Virus record (IMG/VR): IMGVR_UViG_3300032316_000329
Span: 101,115-165,114 of that record
DNA length: 64,000 nt
Source: a virus
Reading direction: 5' to 3' (one strand)
Within the stretch, counting starts at the first letter, position 1. The number at the start of each line of letters is the position of its first letter. Below the pieces are notes generated by a model that saw only the letters and a list, made by a program, of their open reading frames with translations, searched no databases and was not told the origin of the DNA. Below, one piece after another: positions 1 to 10,226 of this stretch. A program made the position numbers and the translations under genes.

Positions 1-1
1 T

Positions 2-499
2 AATACATTCACCAGTGCTACATATGCCACTATAACAAATGCGGCCGCATCCTTTACAGTTGCTAATGCGGCATTTAATAAAGCAAATACCGGTGGACTT
101 TCCGTCAATACAGAAACATCATCATCTTCAACATATTATCCATTATTTACATCAAATACAACCGGAACTATCGCATATGCTAATATTTCTAATAGTGGTT
201 TATATTTTGTTCCATCAACCGGAACACTGTCAGCAACGGTGTTTAACTCATTATCTGATATAACAGTTAAAGAAAACATTTCACCAATCAATAACGCACT
301 AGACATTGTTGATAAAATGCAAGGTGTAGGATTTACATGGAAGAAAACCGGTCGTCCATCATTCGGTGTTATTGCTCAGGAACTAGAAAAGGTCGCGCCA
401 GAATTGGTAGATCAGGTAGATGGACTAAAAACAGTTAACTATGATGCGATCATTGCGTTCCTTATTGAAGCAATTAAAGAATTAAAAAATAAAGAATGA
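2..499 (+). CDS. Tail fibre C-terminal part with intramolecular chaperone (peptidase S74-like) domain; 5'-truncated by window
   Basis: The frame of the 239..499 ORF is open back to base 2 (NTFTSATYATITNAAASF...). It carries SDITVKENI, GVIAQELE and VNYDAIIAFLIEAIKEL, typical of S74 chaperone tails. Confidence 0.85.
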   Translation, partial: NTFTSATYATITNAAASFTVANAAFNKANTGGLSVNTETSSSSTYYPLFTSNTTGTIAYANISNSGLYFVPSTGTLSATVFNSLSDITVKENISPINNALDIVDKMQGVGFTWKKTGRPSFGVIAQELEKVAPELVDQVDGLKTVNYDAIIAFLIEAIKELKNKE

Positions 500-514
500 T
501 AAAGGTGTTATACT

Positions 515-997
515 ATGGGCGTTGAAAAAAATCTATCAGATGCTTTGGGCATAGACCACGAAACACCTCCTGCTGAACCACGGCAGGAGGTTATTCCATA
601 TGAAGAACCTGAAACTCCTATTAATACAATGCAGGATCAAGAGGATGATTATCGTCTAGCAAGAAGGGTTCTTAGAAATCTTATCACCAAAGGTAATGAT
701 GCGATTGAAGAAATTAGCCAGATTGCTAGACAGAATGAAAGTGCTAGAGGTTATGAGGTTGTTTCTACATTAATTAAAACGGTGGCAGATACGACTAAGG
801 ACCTATATAATGTTCAGAAGATGACAAAGGACTTAAAAGGTCCTGATCCTGACAGTGATCCACGTAAGAAAAGTGCGGACGCTGGCAATATCAACGTAGA
901 ACAAGCCGTATTCGTCGGTTCTGCGGCTGAATTGTTGGATGCTATTAAAAAGAAAAAAGAGCAAGATGGCCCGGACTCCTTACACATATCAGAATAA
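515..997 (+). CDS. gp16: Terminase small subunit (gp16-like)
   Basis: DDYRLAR..L..LI..G..AIEE and RGYEVVSTLIKT motifs, VFVGS tail; directly upstream of the large terminase. Confidence 0.85.
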   Translation: MGVEKNLSDALGIDHETPPAEPRQEVIPYEEPETPINTMQDQEDDYRLARRVLRNLITKGNDAIEEISQIARQNESARGYEVVSTLIKTVADTTKDLYNVQKMTKDLKGPDPDSDPRKKSADAGNINVEQAVFVGSAAELLDAIKKKKEQDGPDSLHISE

Positions 998-2642
998 TCC
1001 TAACCTCCCTAACGAACAGTATAGGCACGCCTTTACTCAACATGAACTTGATGAATATATCAAGTGTGAGTCCGACCCAGTTTACTTTTCCACAAAGTAT
1101 ATCAAGATTGTTAACGTTGACCACGGTCTAATGCCTTTCAAGATGTGGGACTTTCAAAAAGATATGCTTTCAAAGTTTCATGAGAATAGATTTAGTATTT
1201 GCAAACTACCACGACAGGTCGGTAAGTCTACCACATCGGTAGCATATATTTTACATCAAGTTCTATTCAATAAAGATATGATGATTGCCATCCTTGCTAA
1301 CCGTGCGCCTACGGCCCGTGAGTTATTACAGAAACTAAAACTAGCATTTGAATACTTACCTATGTTTCTTAAACAAGGTATCAAAGAGTGGAACAAGGGT
1401 TCTATCTTTCTTGCTAATGGTTCTAGAGTTCTAGCAGATTCCACCTCAGGCAGTTCCGTCCGTGGTTTCTCATTTAACATTATCTTTCTTGACGAGTTTG
1501 CGTTCGTACCTAATAACATTGCCGAAGAGTTCTTTAACTCAACCTATCCTACCATTTCATCTGGTAAAACTTCCAAGGTCATTATCGTTTCTACACCAAA
1601 CGGTATGAACCTATTCTACCGAATGTGGACAAAGGCCGTTGAAAAGTTAAGTGACTATGTGCCTATTGAAATCCACTGGTCTATGGTACCCGGCAGAGAC
1701 GCAGCATGGGCAGAAGAAACTATCCGTAACACTAGTCAAAGACAATTTGACCAAGAGTTTGGTTGTGAGTTCCTAGGTTCATCTAATACACTTATTGCTG
1801 GTTCTAAACTGGCATCATTGGCCATTAAGAATCCTATACAAAGTCAAGATTGCCTAGACATATACGATTTACCACAACCTAAACACACCTATGTAATGTG
1901 TGTAGATGTGGCCGAGGGACAAGGACTAGATTACTCTACATTCTCCATCTTTGACGTTACAGAAATACCATATAGGCAGGTTGCTAAATACCGTAACAAC
2001 GAAATTAGTCCAATGCTTTTTCCGGCAGTCATATACTCGGCTGCTATGAGATATAACGAAGCATTTGTCCTTGTGGAAATTAACTCTATCGGATTACAGG
2101 TAGCAGACATTCTACACTTTGAGTTGAACTATGAGAACCTTCTAAAGTTCCAGATAAAAGGTAAACAAGGTATTCAGGCTTCTGGCGGTTTTGCTGCCGG
2201 TAAAAACAGACTTGCATTTGGTTTGAAGATTAGTCCTCAGACTAAAATGATTGGGTGTTCTAACCTAAAAACATTGATTGAGTCCGATAAACTTATTGTC
2301 AATGATGAACATACAATTTCGGAACTATATTCTTTCTCGGCTGATAAGAAATCTTTTAGGGCCGAAGAAGGTAGTAACGACGACCTTGCAATGACATTGG
2401 TTCATTTTGGTTGGCTTACTGCACAAAAACTATTTAAAGAAACCGTATCTAATGACATTAGGTTCGTTTTGCAATCCGAGCAAGCATATTTGCAAGATGT
2501 GGAAAATGTACCTTTTGGTTTTATTGATGACGGGTTAAATGAAACAGTGGAAAAAGATGCCAATGGTGACTTATGGAGTCGTGATAGAGAACAATTATAT
2601 CCATTTGACGATTTCAACTATAGTTGGAACAGTCGCCTATAA
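966..2642 (+). CDS. gp17: Terminase large subunit
   Basis: PRQVGKST Walker A, IFLDEFAF Walker B, VSTPNG, DVAEG and DDLAM nuclease motifs. Likely start ATG 966 (MARTPY). Confidence 0.97.
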   Translation: MARTPYTYQNNPNLPNEQYRHAFTQHELDEYIKCESDPVYFSTKYIKIVNVDHGLMPFKMWDFQKDMLSKFHENRFSICKLPRQVGKSTTSVAYILHQVLFNKDMMIAILANRAPTARELLQKLKLAFEYLPMFLKQGIKEWNKGSIFLANGSRVLADSTSGSSVRGFSFNIIFLDEFAFVPNNIAEEFFNSTYPTISSGKTSKVIIVSTPNGMNLFYRMWTKAVEKLSDYVPIEIHWSMVPGRDAAWAEETIRNTSQRQFDQEFGCEFLGSSNTLIAGSKLASLAIKNPIQSQDCLDIYDLPQPKHTYVMCVDVAEGQGLDYSTFSIFDVTEIPYRQVAKYRNNEISPMLFPAVIYSAAMRYNEAFVLVEINSIGLQVADILHFELNYENLLKFQIKGKQGIQASGGFAAGKNRLAFGLKISPQTKMIGCSNLKTLIESDKLIVNDEHTISELYSFSADKKSFRAEEGSNDDLAMTLVHFGWLTAQKLFKETVSNDIRFVLQSEQAYLQDVENVPFGFIDDGLNETVEKDANGDLWSRDREQLYPFDDFNYSWNSRL

Positions 2643-2662
2643 TTCTGAAAATCAACAAAACA

Positions 2663-2669
2663 ATAAATA
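2663..2669 (+). promoter_or_regulatory. T4-type late promoter motif (ATAAATA) for gp18
   Basis: Resembles T4 TATAAATA. The same (A/C)TAAATA core recurs before gp19 (4425), gp20 (5019), 6895, gp21 (11022), gp22 (11701) and gp3 (14616). Confidence 0.7.
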
Positions 2670-2718
2670 AAGGTATTGGAATACTTTACACCATTCCAAC
2701 CTATAAAAGGAGTAAAAG

Positions 2719-4425
2719 ATGGCATATCAACTTTCACCAGGTGTGACATGGTCCGAAATAGATTTGACGACCGTTGTTCCCGCCGTTGCTACTACTGAAG
2801 GAGGTTTTGCCGGAGATTTTGATTGGGGTCCTGTTAATGAGATTAAGACCGTTGCCAATGAAGTAGAACTTGTTCGTTATTTTGGTAAACCAAGTGCTAA
2901 TACCTTCAAATCATTTTTCACCGCTGCAAACTTTCTAAATTATGGACAGAACTTACGCCTAATTCGTTCTGCCAATACAACCGTTGCTAAAAACGCTACA
3001 AACGGTACAGCACTACTTATTAGGAATAAAGATCAGTATGAAGTAGAGTATATGGATCTTTCTGCCGCAAATACAGCAGGTATGTTTGCAGCACGTTATG
3101 CAGGCGATCTAGGAAATAGCATTAGAGTTTCGCTTTGGGCTTCTTCTAATTCCATAGCATTTAATAGCTGGACATATGCAGAAGAATTTCCAGGTGCTAC
3201 AGCAACATCAAACTTTACTGGTACAAGAGGTGGTGCTAATGACGAAATGCATATCATCGTAGTTGACGTTGATGGTAGAATTTCTGGTTACGCTAACACC
3301 GTTCTAGAAAAATTTGCCTATGTATCTAAAGCATTTGATGCAAAGAACGATGATGGTTCTTCTAATTACTGGGTAAATATTATTTCTGATAAGTCAGAAT
3401 ACATTTATGCCATGAATCCTGCACAGAACACCACTACACAGGTTGTAGAAACTACAACTTGGGGTTCAACTGCCGCAAATACTACATTTGCTCAGACATC
3501 AAATGAATATACAGCAAGACTAGCAGGAGGTTCAGTTGCAGCACCAACCGATGCTGATCTATCTAGATCCTATGATCTATTTGTTAATTCTGAAGATGTT
3601 GATGTTTCCTTAATTATGACCGGTGCTGCTTCTCAGACAGTTTCCGAATATATTATCAATAACATCGCAGAAGTTCGTAAAGATTGTGTTGTATTCATTT
3701 CACCACTTTACGCCGATGCTGTTAATAACGATGGCGGTGAGGTTACCGATATTGTTGCTTATCGTAACGATTTCCCATCTTCATCTTATGCTGTTCTAGA
3801 TTCAGCATGGAAGAAACAGTTTGATAAATATAACAATGTTTATCGTTGGATTCCTTTCAATGGCGACATTGCCGGTCTTTGTGCCCGCACAGACTTTGAT
3901 CGTGATCCATGGTGGTCACCAGCTGGTCTAAATCGTGGTATTATCAAGAATGTTACAAAACTTTCTTGGAATCCATCAAAAGCTGAAAGAGACGATCTTT
4001 ATAAGAATGGTATTAACCCGATTGTTCAGTTTGCTGGCGAAGGCACAGTCCTTTACGGTGATAAGACAATGCTTGCTAAACCGTCTGCGTTTGATCGTAT
4101 TAATGTCCGTCGTCTTTTTATTGTCCTTGAAAAGGCAATTTCAAGAGCGGCAAAATACTCACTCTTTGAGTTCAACGATGAATTTACAAGAGCGCAGTTT
4201 ATAGCCCTAGTTGAACCTTTCCTGCGTGATGTCAAGGGCCGTCGTGGTATCTATGACTTCAAGGTTGTTTGTGACGAAACAAACAACACACCAGAGGTCA
4301 TCGACAGAAACGAATTTGTCGGAGACATTTACATTAAGCCAGCCCGTGCCATTAACTTTATTCAGCTTAATTTCGTGGCTGTTAGAACTGGTGTTGCCTT
4401 CTCCGAAGTTGTTGGCAAATTTTAA
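2719..4425 (+). CDS. gp18: Tail sheath protein
   Basis: LSPGV..SEIDLT N-terminus, WWSPAGLNRG, FDRINVRRLF, IYIKPARAINFIQLNFVAVRTG. Confidence 0.97.
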   Translation: MAYQLSPGVTWSEIDLTTVVPAVATTEGGFAGDFDWGPVNEIKTVANEVELVRYFGKPSANTFKSFFTAANFLNYGQNLRLIRSANTTVAKNATNGTALLIRNKDQYEVEYMDLSAANTAGMFAARYAGDLGNSIRVSLWASSNSIAFNSWTYAEEFPGATATSNFTGTRGGANDEMHIIVVDVDGRISGYANTVLEKFAYVSKAFDAKNDDGSSNYWVNIISDKSEYIYAMNPAQNTTTQVVETTTWGSTAANTTFAQTSNEYTARLAGGSVAAPTDADLSRSYDLFVNSEDVDVSLIMTGAASQTVSEYIINNIAEVRKDCVVFISPLYADAVNNDGGEVTDIVAYRNDFPSSSYAVLDSAWKKQFDKYNNVYRWIPFNGDIAGLCARTDFDRDPWWSPAGLNRGIIKNVTKLSWNPSKAERDDLYKNGINPIVQFAGEGTVLYGDKTMLAKPSAFDRINVRRLFIVLEKAISRAAKYSLFEFNDEFTRAQFIALVEPFLRDVKGRRGIYDFKVVCDETNNTPEVIDRNEFVGDIYIKPARAINFIQLNFVAVRTGVAFSEVVGKF

Positions 4426-4452
4426 TAAATAGAAACAAAGGAGAAATCACAA

Positions 4453-5022
4453 ATGGCATTTAATGTTCAACAGTTTAGATCAAGTCTCGTTAATGACGGT
4501 GCAAGAGCCGCCCTTTTTGAGGTGATTATGACTTTACCTCCAACAATTGGAATTGGTGCTGCATTAGACCAAGAAGTTCGCTTCAAGGCTCGCGCGACAT
4601 CACTACCAGGTGATTCAGTTTCTTCAATCTCCGTCAATTACTTTGGTCGTGAGATTAAGGTTGCTGGTACTAGAACATTCCCAGATTGGTCAATCACAGT
4701 TATCAATGACGAGAACTTTAGAATCCGTAACAATCTAGAAATCTGGATGTCCGGTCTAAATTCACATGTTGGTAACCTACGTTCACCAAATCTTGTCAAT
4801 AATGCACAATATCAGACCGATGCTTGGGTTAATCAGTATGCCAAGAGCGGTCAGATCATTAAGCAATACAAGATTGTTGGACTATTTCCAACTGATGTTG
4901 CGCCGATCGATCTAGATTGGGCATCAGGTGACCAGATCGAGGAGTTTTCAGTAACCTGGGCATATCAGTGGTGGGAGTCACTATTCCCAGTAGTCACAAC
5001 CGACTCGGTTGGTGCTATCTAA
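4453..5022 (+). CDS. gp19: Tail tube protein
   Basis: GREIKVAGTRTFPDWSITVINDENF, FPTDVAPIDLDW, IEEFSVTWAYQWW. Confidence 0.95.
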   Translation: MAFNVQQFRSSLVNDGARAALFEVIMTLPPTIGIGAALDQEVRFKARATSLPGDSVSSISVNYFGREIKVAGTRTFPDWSITVINDENFRIRNNLEIWMSGLNSHVGNLRSPNLVNNAQYQTDAWVNQYAKSGQIIKQYKIVGLFPTDVAPIDLDWASGDQIEEFSVTWAYQWWESLFPVVTTDSVGAI

Positions 5023-5033
5023 ATACCTCTATA

Positions 5034-5061
5034 ATACCGTGGGGAGAAATCCCCACGGTAT
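5034..5061 (+). promoter_or_regulatory. Perfect 12-bp hairpin with GAAA tetraloop in the gp20 leader (stability/processing element or weak terminator)
   Basis: ATACCGTGGGGA-GAAA-TCCCCACGGTAT, just after late motif CTAAATA (5019) and without a U-tract. Confidence 0.6.
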
Positions 5062-5082
5062 CTAATAAAAAGGACAGTCATA

Positions 5083-6903
5083 GTGAAATTATTTGGTTTT
5101 CAAATTGGTGGTGATGATACTGACAAAAAAAAGCAGCAAGAACAGGATGTAAAGAATAAATCATTCACGCTACCTCAAAACGAGGATGGCGCTGTTACCG
5201 TTGCTGGTGCTGGTTATTATGGTACATATGTTGACCTTGACGGTACCTTCCGTAACGAAACTCAATTAATCACCAAGTATAGAGAAATGGCCATTCAACC
5301 AGAATTGGAAACGGCTATTGATGAAATTGTTAATGAAGCCATTGTTCATGAAGATGATGGACAGTCGGTTGAGATTAATACAGACAAAACTAAACTACCA
5401 GAAAATATTAAGAAAAGAATACAAGACGAATTTGAGTATATTCTAAAACTACTCAACTTTGGTAATATGGGCCATTAAATTCTTAGAAGATGGTATATTG
5501 ATGGCCGTCTATTCTATCATATCGTTATTGACGAAACTAATCCAAATAACGGTATCATAGAGTTGAAGTATATCGATCCTCGTCGTATTAGAAAGATCCG
5601 CGAAATCCAAAAGATGAAGGACCCTAATACAGGTATTGAATTAATCAAAAGACATATAGAGTATTACCTTTATAATGAAAAAGGTATGATCGGTGCTGGT
5701 ACCAATCTTGGTGCTAAGATTGCCGTTGACTCTATCGTAAATGTCAATTCAGGCATCATGGATCCAAAACAGACTATGGTGCTATCTTATATTCACAAGG
5801 CAATTAAACCACTTAATAACCTACGCATGATTGAAGATGCCACGGTTATCTACCGTCTCTCCAGAGCACCAGAACGCCGTATCTTTTATATTGATGTTGG
5901 TAATATGCCTACCATTAAAGCGGAACAATATGTCCGTGATATTATGGTCAAGTATCGTAACAAGTTGGTTTATAACTCCGATACTGGTGAAATCAAGGAT
6001 GACCGTAAACATCTATCTATGCTTGAGGATTTTTGGTTACCACGTCGTGAAGGTTCTAAGGGAACCGAAATCTCTACACTACAAGGTGCTATGAACCTTG
6101 GTGAATTAGAAGATGTTAAGTATTTTGAAAAGAAACTAATGAAGGCCCTTGGTATTCCTATGTCTCGCCTTGAACAGAACCAGGGTTTCTCACTAGGTCG
6201 TACCACTGAGATTAGCAGAGATGAAATCAAGTTTAATAAATTTATTGAGCGTCTCCGTAATAAATTTGCCACTCTCTTTGACGACCTTCTTCGTGTTCAA
6301 CTTGTAATGAAACGCATTTGTACCGAAGAAGAATGGAAAGAGTTCAAAGAAGATATTTGGTATGACTATAAGAAAGATAATAATTTTGATGAAATGAAAG
6401 AAGCCGAACTATTAAATGTTCGTGTTGATACACTCGCTAAGTTGGACCCTTTTGTTGGTAAGTATTTCAGTATTGAATGGGTTCGTAAGAATGTTCTACA
6501 ACAGACCGATGAAGATATAGAAGAAATCAACGGTCAGATAGAACAAGAGGGTGCCGTTATTGCTCAACAGCAACAGCAACAAATGATTGCCCAGCAACAA
6601 GCCGATGCCCAAGCACAACAAGATAATATGGAACTACAGGCACAGCAACAGTTTAATCAAGCCGCTATTCAAGATAAAATTCAAAAAACATTTGGTAATG
6701 ATGAAAAAGAAATAGTCAATAAAGACCATGAACAGTCTGTGTTGGATAAGAAGATTGAATTGGAAAGACTTAAATCTAAAAAGACAATTAAAGAGGCCAG
6801 AAATCTTGGTCTAACATATATTGGTAATAACCAATACGCTAATAATGAAGGACAAGTCACTCATTTAGCACAAAATGGTTATCTAGTTGAAATAACTAAA
6901 TAA
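5083..6903 (+). CDS. gp20: Portal vertex protein; one frame interrupted by an in-frame TAA at 5476..5478
   Basis: The two ORF-track pieces are in the same frame. Reading through gives NMGH*ILRRWYIDGRLFYH...ELKYIDPRRIRK. Also YRLSRAPERRIFYIDVGN and EDFWLPRREG. Confidence 0.93.
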
Positions 6904-6913
6904 GGATTAGGTT

Positions 6914-8410
6914 TTGGCAAAAGGTCTTAAAAGTGTTTCTACACTATCAGCAAAAGAGATTGCCGAAAAACACGGTTTATCTCTTGCTTATATCGCAAAG
7001 CAAATTGTTAAAGGTGTAAAGGTAGAGAAAGAACACACCAAGTCAACCAGAGAGGCAAATGAAATTGCCCGTGATCATCTTGGTGAGAGACCTGATTACT
7101 ATATTAAACTAGATAAAATGGAAAAGACTAAAGTTATTAATGAACTAGGTGAGTATGATAATAAAGGTGGTTCACCAGTAGTTGGTGACTTGACGGGTTC
7201 ATCTAGAAAAGTTTCTAAAGTAGATGAAGGTAAAAGATTAGACAAGGCAAAAAAAGCGGTTATGGCAGGAGTTACTGCTGCTAATATGTATACCTTGGCA
7301 GATGTTGCTGGAAGAGCAACGGAGGGCGGACATGGTTCACCTAAAGGGGATATTGTTAGAGCCGCAACAGCATTACCAGGTGCCGCAGGATGGGGTGCTA
7401 CTGCCGTCCATTATGGTAAAAAAGGTTATGATGCTGCAAAAGAAGTATTAAAGAAAAAGAAATCTTCTATGGAAGAAGAAACCGTTAAAGAAGATTTGCG
7501 TAAATGGTTTAGAGAAAAATGGGTTCGCTACGACACAAAAGGAAACATAAAAGGTCCTTGTGCGAGAGAAGAAGGTGAAGGTAAACCAAAATGCAGACCA
7601 CTTGCAAGTGCCAGAGCAATGAGTAAAGATGAAAGAGCGAAATCCGCAAGACGAAAAAGAAGGGAAGACCCAGTGGCAGATAGACCAGGAAAAGGTGGTA
7701 AACCTATTATGGTTAATACCAACGAAGAAACACTTTTAGAAAAAAATGTTCCTACAAATCCTGAGTTGTGGGCTAGAGCAAAGTCCCAAGCAAAAGCAAA
7801 GTTTGATGTTTATCCTTCTGCTTATGCTAATGGTTGGGCTTCCAAATGGTATAAATCAAAAGGTGGTGGATGGAAATCTGCTGCTAATGAATCAGTTGAT
7901 GAAGCGTGTTGGGATAATTATAAACAAGAGGGTATGAAGAAAAAAGGCAATAAGATGGTACCTAATTGTGTACCAGTTGAAGAACAAGGTCAGGTAATGT
8001 CAAGATATACCGAAAGACCAACTTACGAAAGTAGAACTACAAAAGGTGATACATTTGGTCAGTCTATTGAACGTGGAATTTATGAAAAGCAAATTGATGA
8101 AATCTCCGCAGAGTTAGTCGGCAAGGTTTCTAATGCTCGTTTCTGGAGAGGCGAAGTACCATCTAAGACACTGGCCCGTGCCATAAATAAAAAGTTTATT
8201 GAATCTGGTAAGAAAAAAGATGTTAAAAAACAAACAGTAAAAGAGGAAACAATGGATACCAAAGAACAAATCCACGAAGCAATCGGAAATATTATGGAAG
8301 AGAATCTCCATGAAATGAAAGAAAACTTCCTTGCTGTTCTACAAGAAAAGGCTATTGAGAAACTTGAAGAACGCAAGAAAGAAATCGCAGCAAATTATTT
8401 CGGTCAGTAA
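6914..8410 (+). CDS. Modular prohead core/internal head protein with a gp67-like C-terminal helix
   Basis: Lies between gp20 and gp21. Basic modules are separated by (L/I/V)xE sites. The N-terminal KVEKEHT..EIARDHL.ERPDYY module is DUF5661-like (from memory). C-terminus EKLEERKKEIAANYF. Confidence 0.65.
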   Translation: MAKGLKSVSTLSAKEIAEKHGLSLAYIAKQIVKGVKVEKEHTKSTREANEIARDHLGERPDYYIKLDKMEKTKVINELGEYDNKGGSPVVGDLTGSSRKVSKVDEGKRLDKAKKAVMAGVTAANMYTLADVAGRATEGGHGSPKGDIVRAATALPGAAGWGATAVHYGKKGYDAAKEVLKKKKSSMEEETVKEDLRKWFREKWVRYDTKGNIKGPCAREEGEGKPKCRPLASARAMSKDERAKSARRKRREDPVADRPGKGGKPIMVNTNEETLLEKNVPTNPELWARAKSQAKAKFDVYPSAYANGWASKWYKSKGGGWKSAANESVDEACWDNYKQEGMKKKGNKMVPNCVPVEEQGQVMSRYTERPTYESRTTKGDTFGQSIERGIYEKQIDEISAELVGKVSNARFWRGEVPSKTLARAINKKFIESGKKKDVKKQTVKEETMDTKEQIHEAIGNIMEENLHEMKENFLAVLQEKAIEKLEERKKEIAANYFGQ

Positions 8411-8419
8411 GGAGATACG

Positions 8420-9712
8420 ATGAAAACGATCAAGCAGATTCGTGAAGAATACGATGCTAACTTTTTAGATCAGGTAGAATATCTACCTGGTGAAATCGTG
8501 CTTGACGAGGCAAAGATATCTCCAAAATATACTGTGCCATCTTCTAGAGAAATGCCTGTTATGCTTATCTTTAGAAGAATTACTTACCGAACATACCCAA
8601 ATAAACAAACCGTAGCACTATACTATTCCAAGTTAGTTGATAAGTATCTTTCTATCCCATTTGGTCCAGGCGGTAATCTAAATCTTTCCGAAGCACAAGT
8701 TGTAGAAGGTAAGATGTTAGATGCTATTAAGGGCGGAGCAAAAGGAGCATTATCTGGTGCTTTAAAAGGTGCTGCGATAGGTAATGTAGCACATCTTCCT
8801 GGATCGGCCGCAGGTGCGGTTGTCGGTGGTGCTATTGGTGCTTATAAAGGTGCTAAAAAAGCATTACGAAACGAAGAAGAGATTGATGAAGATTGGCAGT
8901 CAGTAAACCGTAAAGATAAGACCGATGGTCTATCTCAAAAGGCAGTTAATGCTTACCGTAGAGAGAACCCAGGTTCTAAATTGCAAACTGCCGTTACAGA
9001 AAAGAATCCATCTGGTAAAAGAGCATCCCGCCGTAAATCATTCTGTTCGCGTATGGGTGGAATGAAAAAGAGATTAACATCTGCTAAAACAGCAAGAGAT
9101 CCAGATTCAAGAATTAATAAGGCACTACGCCGTTGGAACTGTGAAGAAGATTTCCAGATAAAGTTATATGAACTTCGTGTGCAACAAGACGAAGGTGTTA
9201 TGTGGGATACATTATCTGGTGCTGCCAAAGGAGCATTTGCAGGACGTGCTGGAGGAATACCAGGTATGGCGGCTGGTGCATTAGCAGGTGGTGCTGCCAG
9301 TTATTTAAAAAGCAAACTACAACAGAAACCGGAAGACAGTGAAAAACCCGAATCAGCGGAAACCGGAAGAAAATCTGGAGAAAAAATTAGACCAGTTTCT
9401 GGTCCAAAAACATATAGTTCATTTAGTAAAAAACCTGAAGGTTCACCTATCACAAAAGAAAAAGAACGTCAACGTGTGATGAGTATGAAAGAAAATAAAA
9501 TTTCTGACATACAGAAGATGATTAGAGAAGGTATTGATTCTATAGACCTTCCCATTAATGGAAGGCAAGTTACACTAAATACCTCTATGGCAAAAAGAAT
9601 ACTTGAAGTTTACGACTCGGTCAATACCAAAAACAAAAAGATTGTAGAAGGTATGTTAAATGATGACCTAGAGTCCTTCAAGAAACTATTAAACTTTTCA
9701 ATAAAGGCATAA
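8420..9712 (+). CDS. Modular internal head protein with two glycine-zipper segments
   Basis: MKTIKQIREE N-terminus resembles the T4 internal-protein capsid-targeting sequence. RRKSFCSRMGG..RINKALRRWNC module; head-gene synteny. Confidence 0.6.
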   Translation: MKTIKQIREEYDANFLDQVEYLPGEIVLDEAKISPKYTVPSSREMPVMLIFRRITYRTYPNKQTVALYYSKLVDKYLSIPFGPGGNLNLSEAQVVEGKMLDAIKGGAKGALSGALKGAAIGNVAHLPGSAAGAVVGGAIGAYKGAKKALRNEEEIDEDWQSVNRKDKTDGLSQKAVNAYRRENPGSKLQTAVTEKNPSGKRASRRKSFCSRMGGMKKRLTSAKTARDPDSRINKALRRWNCEEDFQIKLYELRVQQDEGVMWDTLSGAAKGAFAGRAGGIPGMAAGALAGGAASYLKSKLQQKPEDSEKPESAETGRKSGEKIRPVSGPKTYSSFSKKPEGSPITKEKERQRVMSMKENKISDIQKMIREGIDSIDLPINGRQVTLNTSMAKRILEVYDSVNTKNKKIVEGMLNDDLESFKKLLNFSIKA

Positions 9713-9716
9713 GTAA

Positions 9717-10226
9717 ATGGCAAACGTAATCACAGAGCAGAAGGTTATCGATAACCACAATAGAGCATTGCTAAAATATGTTATCCGTTTCGATGGGACA
9801 ACAACTGCCAATACTCTTTTGGTTGATGTATCACAGTTGGCGTATGCCATGAATACTAGTAACAAAATTATGGTTTCTAATACTAATCCAAAAACATCAT
9901 ATCATAACAGTATCAGAAGAATTTTTGGCCAAGGTCAATTCAAATCAGGATTTGGTGTAGCACTTGGTTGGCATTCAGATTCCAATACAGACATTGTTAC
10001 AATCGGTAGCGGTATTTTTGATTACAATTTTGACCCACAAGGATTAACTGCTGCTATTCCAATGACAGGAGCAAATGCTACAGGCGATATTCTTTTGAGT
10101 AATATTGGTAGTGTCGCCTCTGGTGATGCAGTTACCATTTTTATCGACCTTAAGAAAGATAATCGTGATTATGATAACGGTCAGACTGCCGATCCATCCG
10201 CATTTAACGTTACAGGTATTCTATAA
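9717..10226 (+). CDS. Hypothetical virion protein
   Basis: 169-aa beta-rich ORF in the head gene cluster. Confidence 0.55.
   Translation: MANVITEQKVIDNHNRALLKYVIRFDGTTTANTLLVDVSQLAYAMNTSNKIMVSNTNPKTSYHNSIRRIFGQGQFKSGFGVALGWHSDSNTDIVTIGSGIFDYNFDPQGLTAAIPMTGANATGDILLSNIGSVASGDAVTIFIDLKKDNRDYDNGQTADPSAFNVTGIL

Noticed and set aside
39-263. His/Gln-rich 74-aa ORF
   Set aside because: Shadow frame over the tail-fibre gene, which is open in another frame from base 2.
5476-5478. Genome-wide stop-codon reassignment (TAA read as an amino acid)
   Set aside because: Many conserved genes (gp17, gp18, gp19, gp23, pmoC) end at TAA at their expected C-termini, and no other gene is broken.
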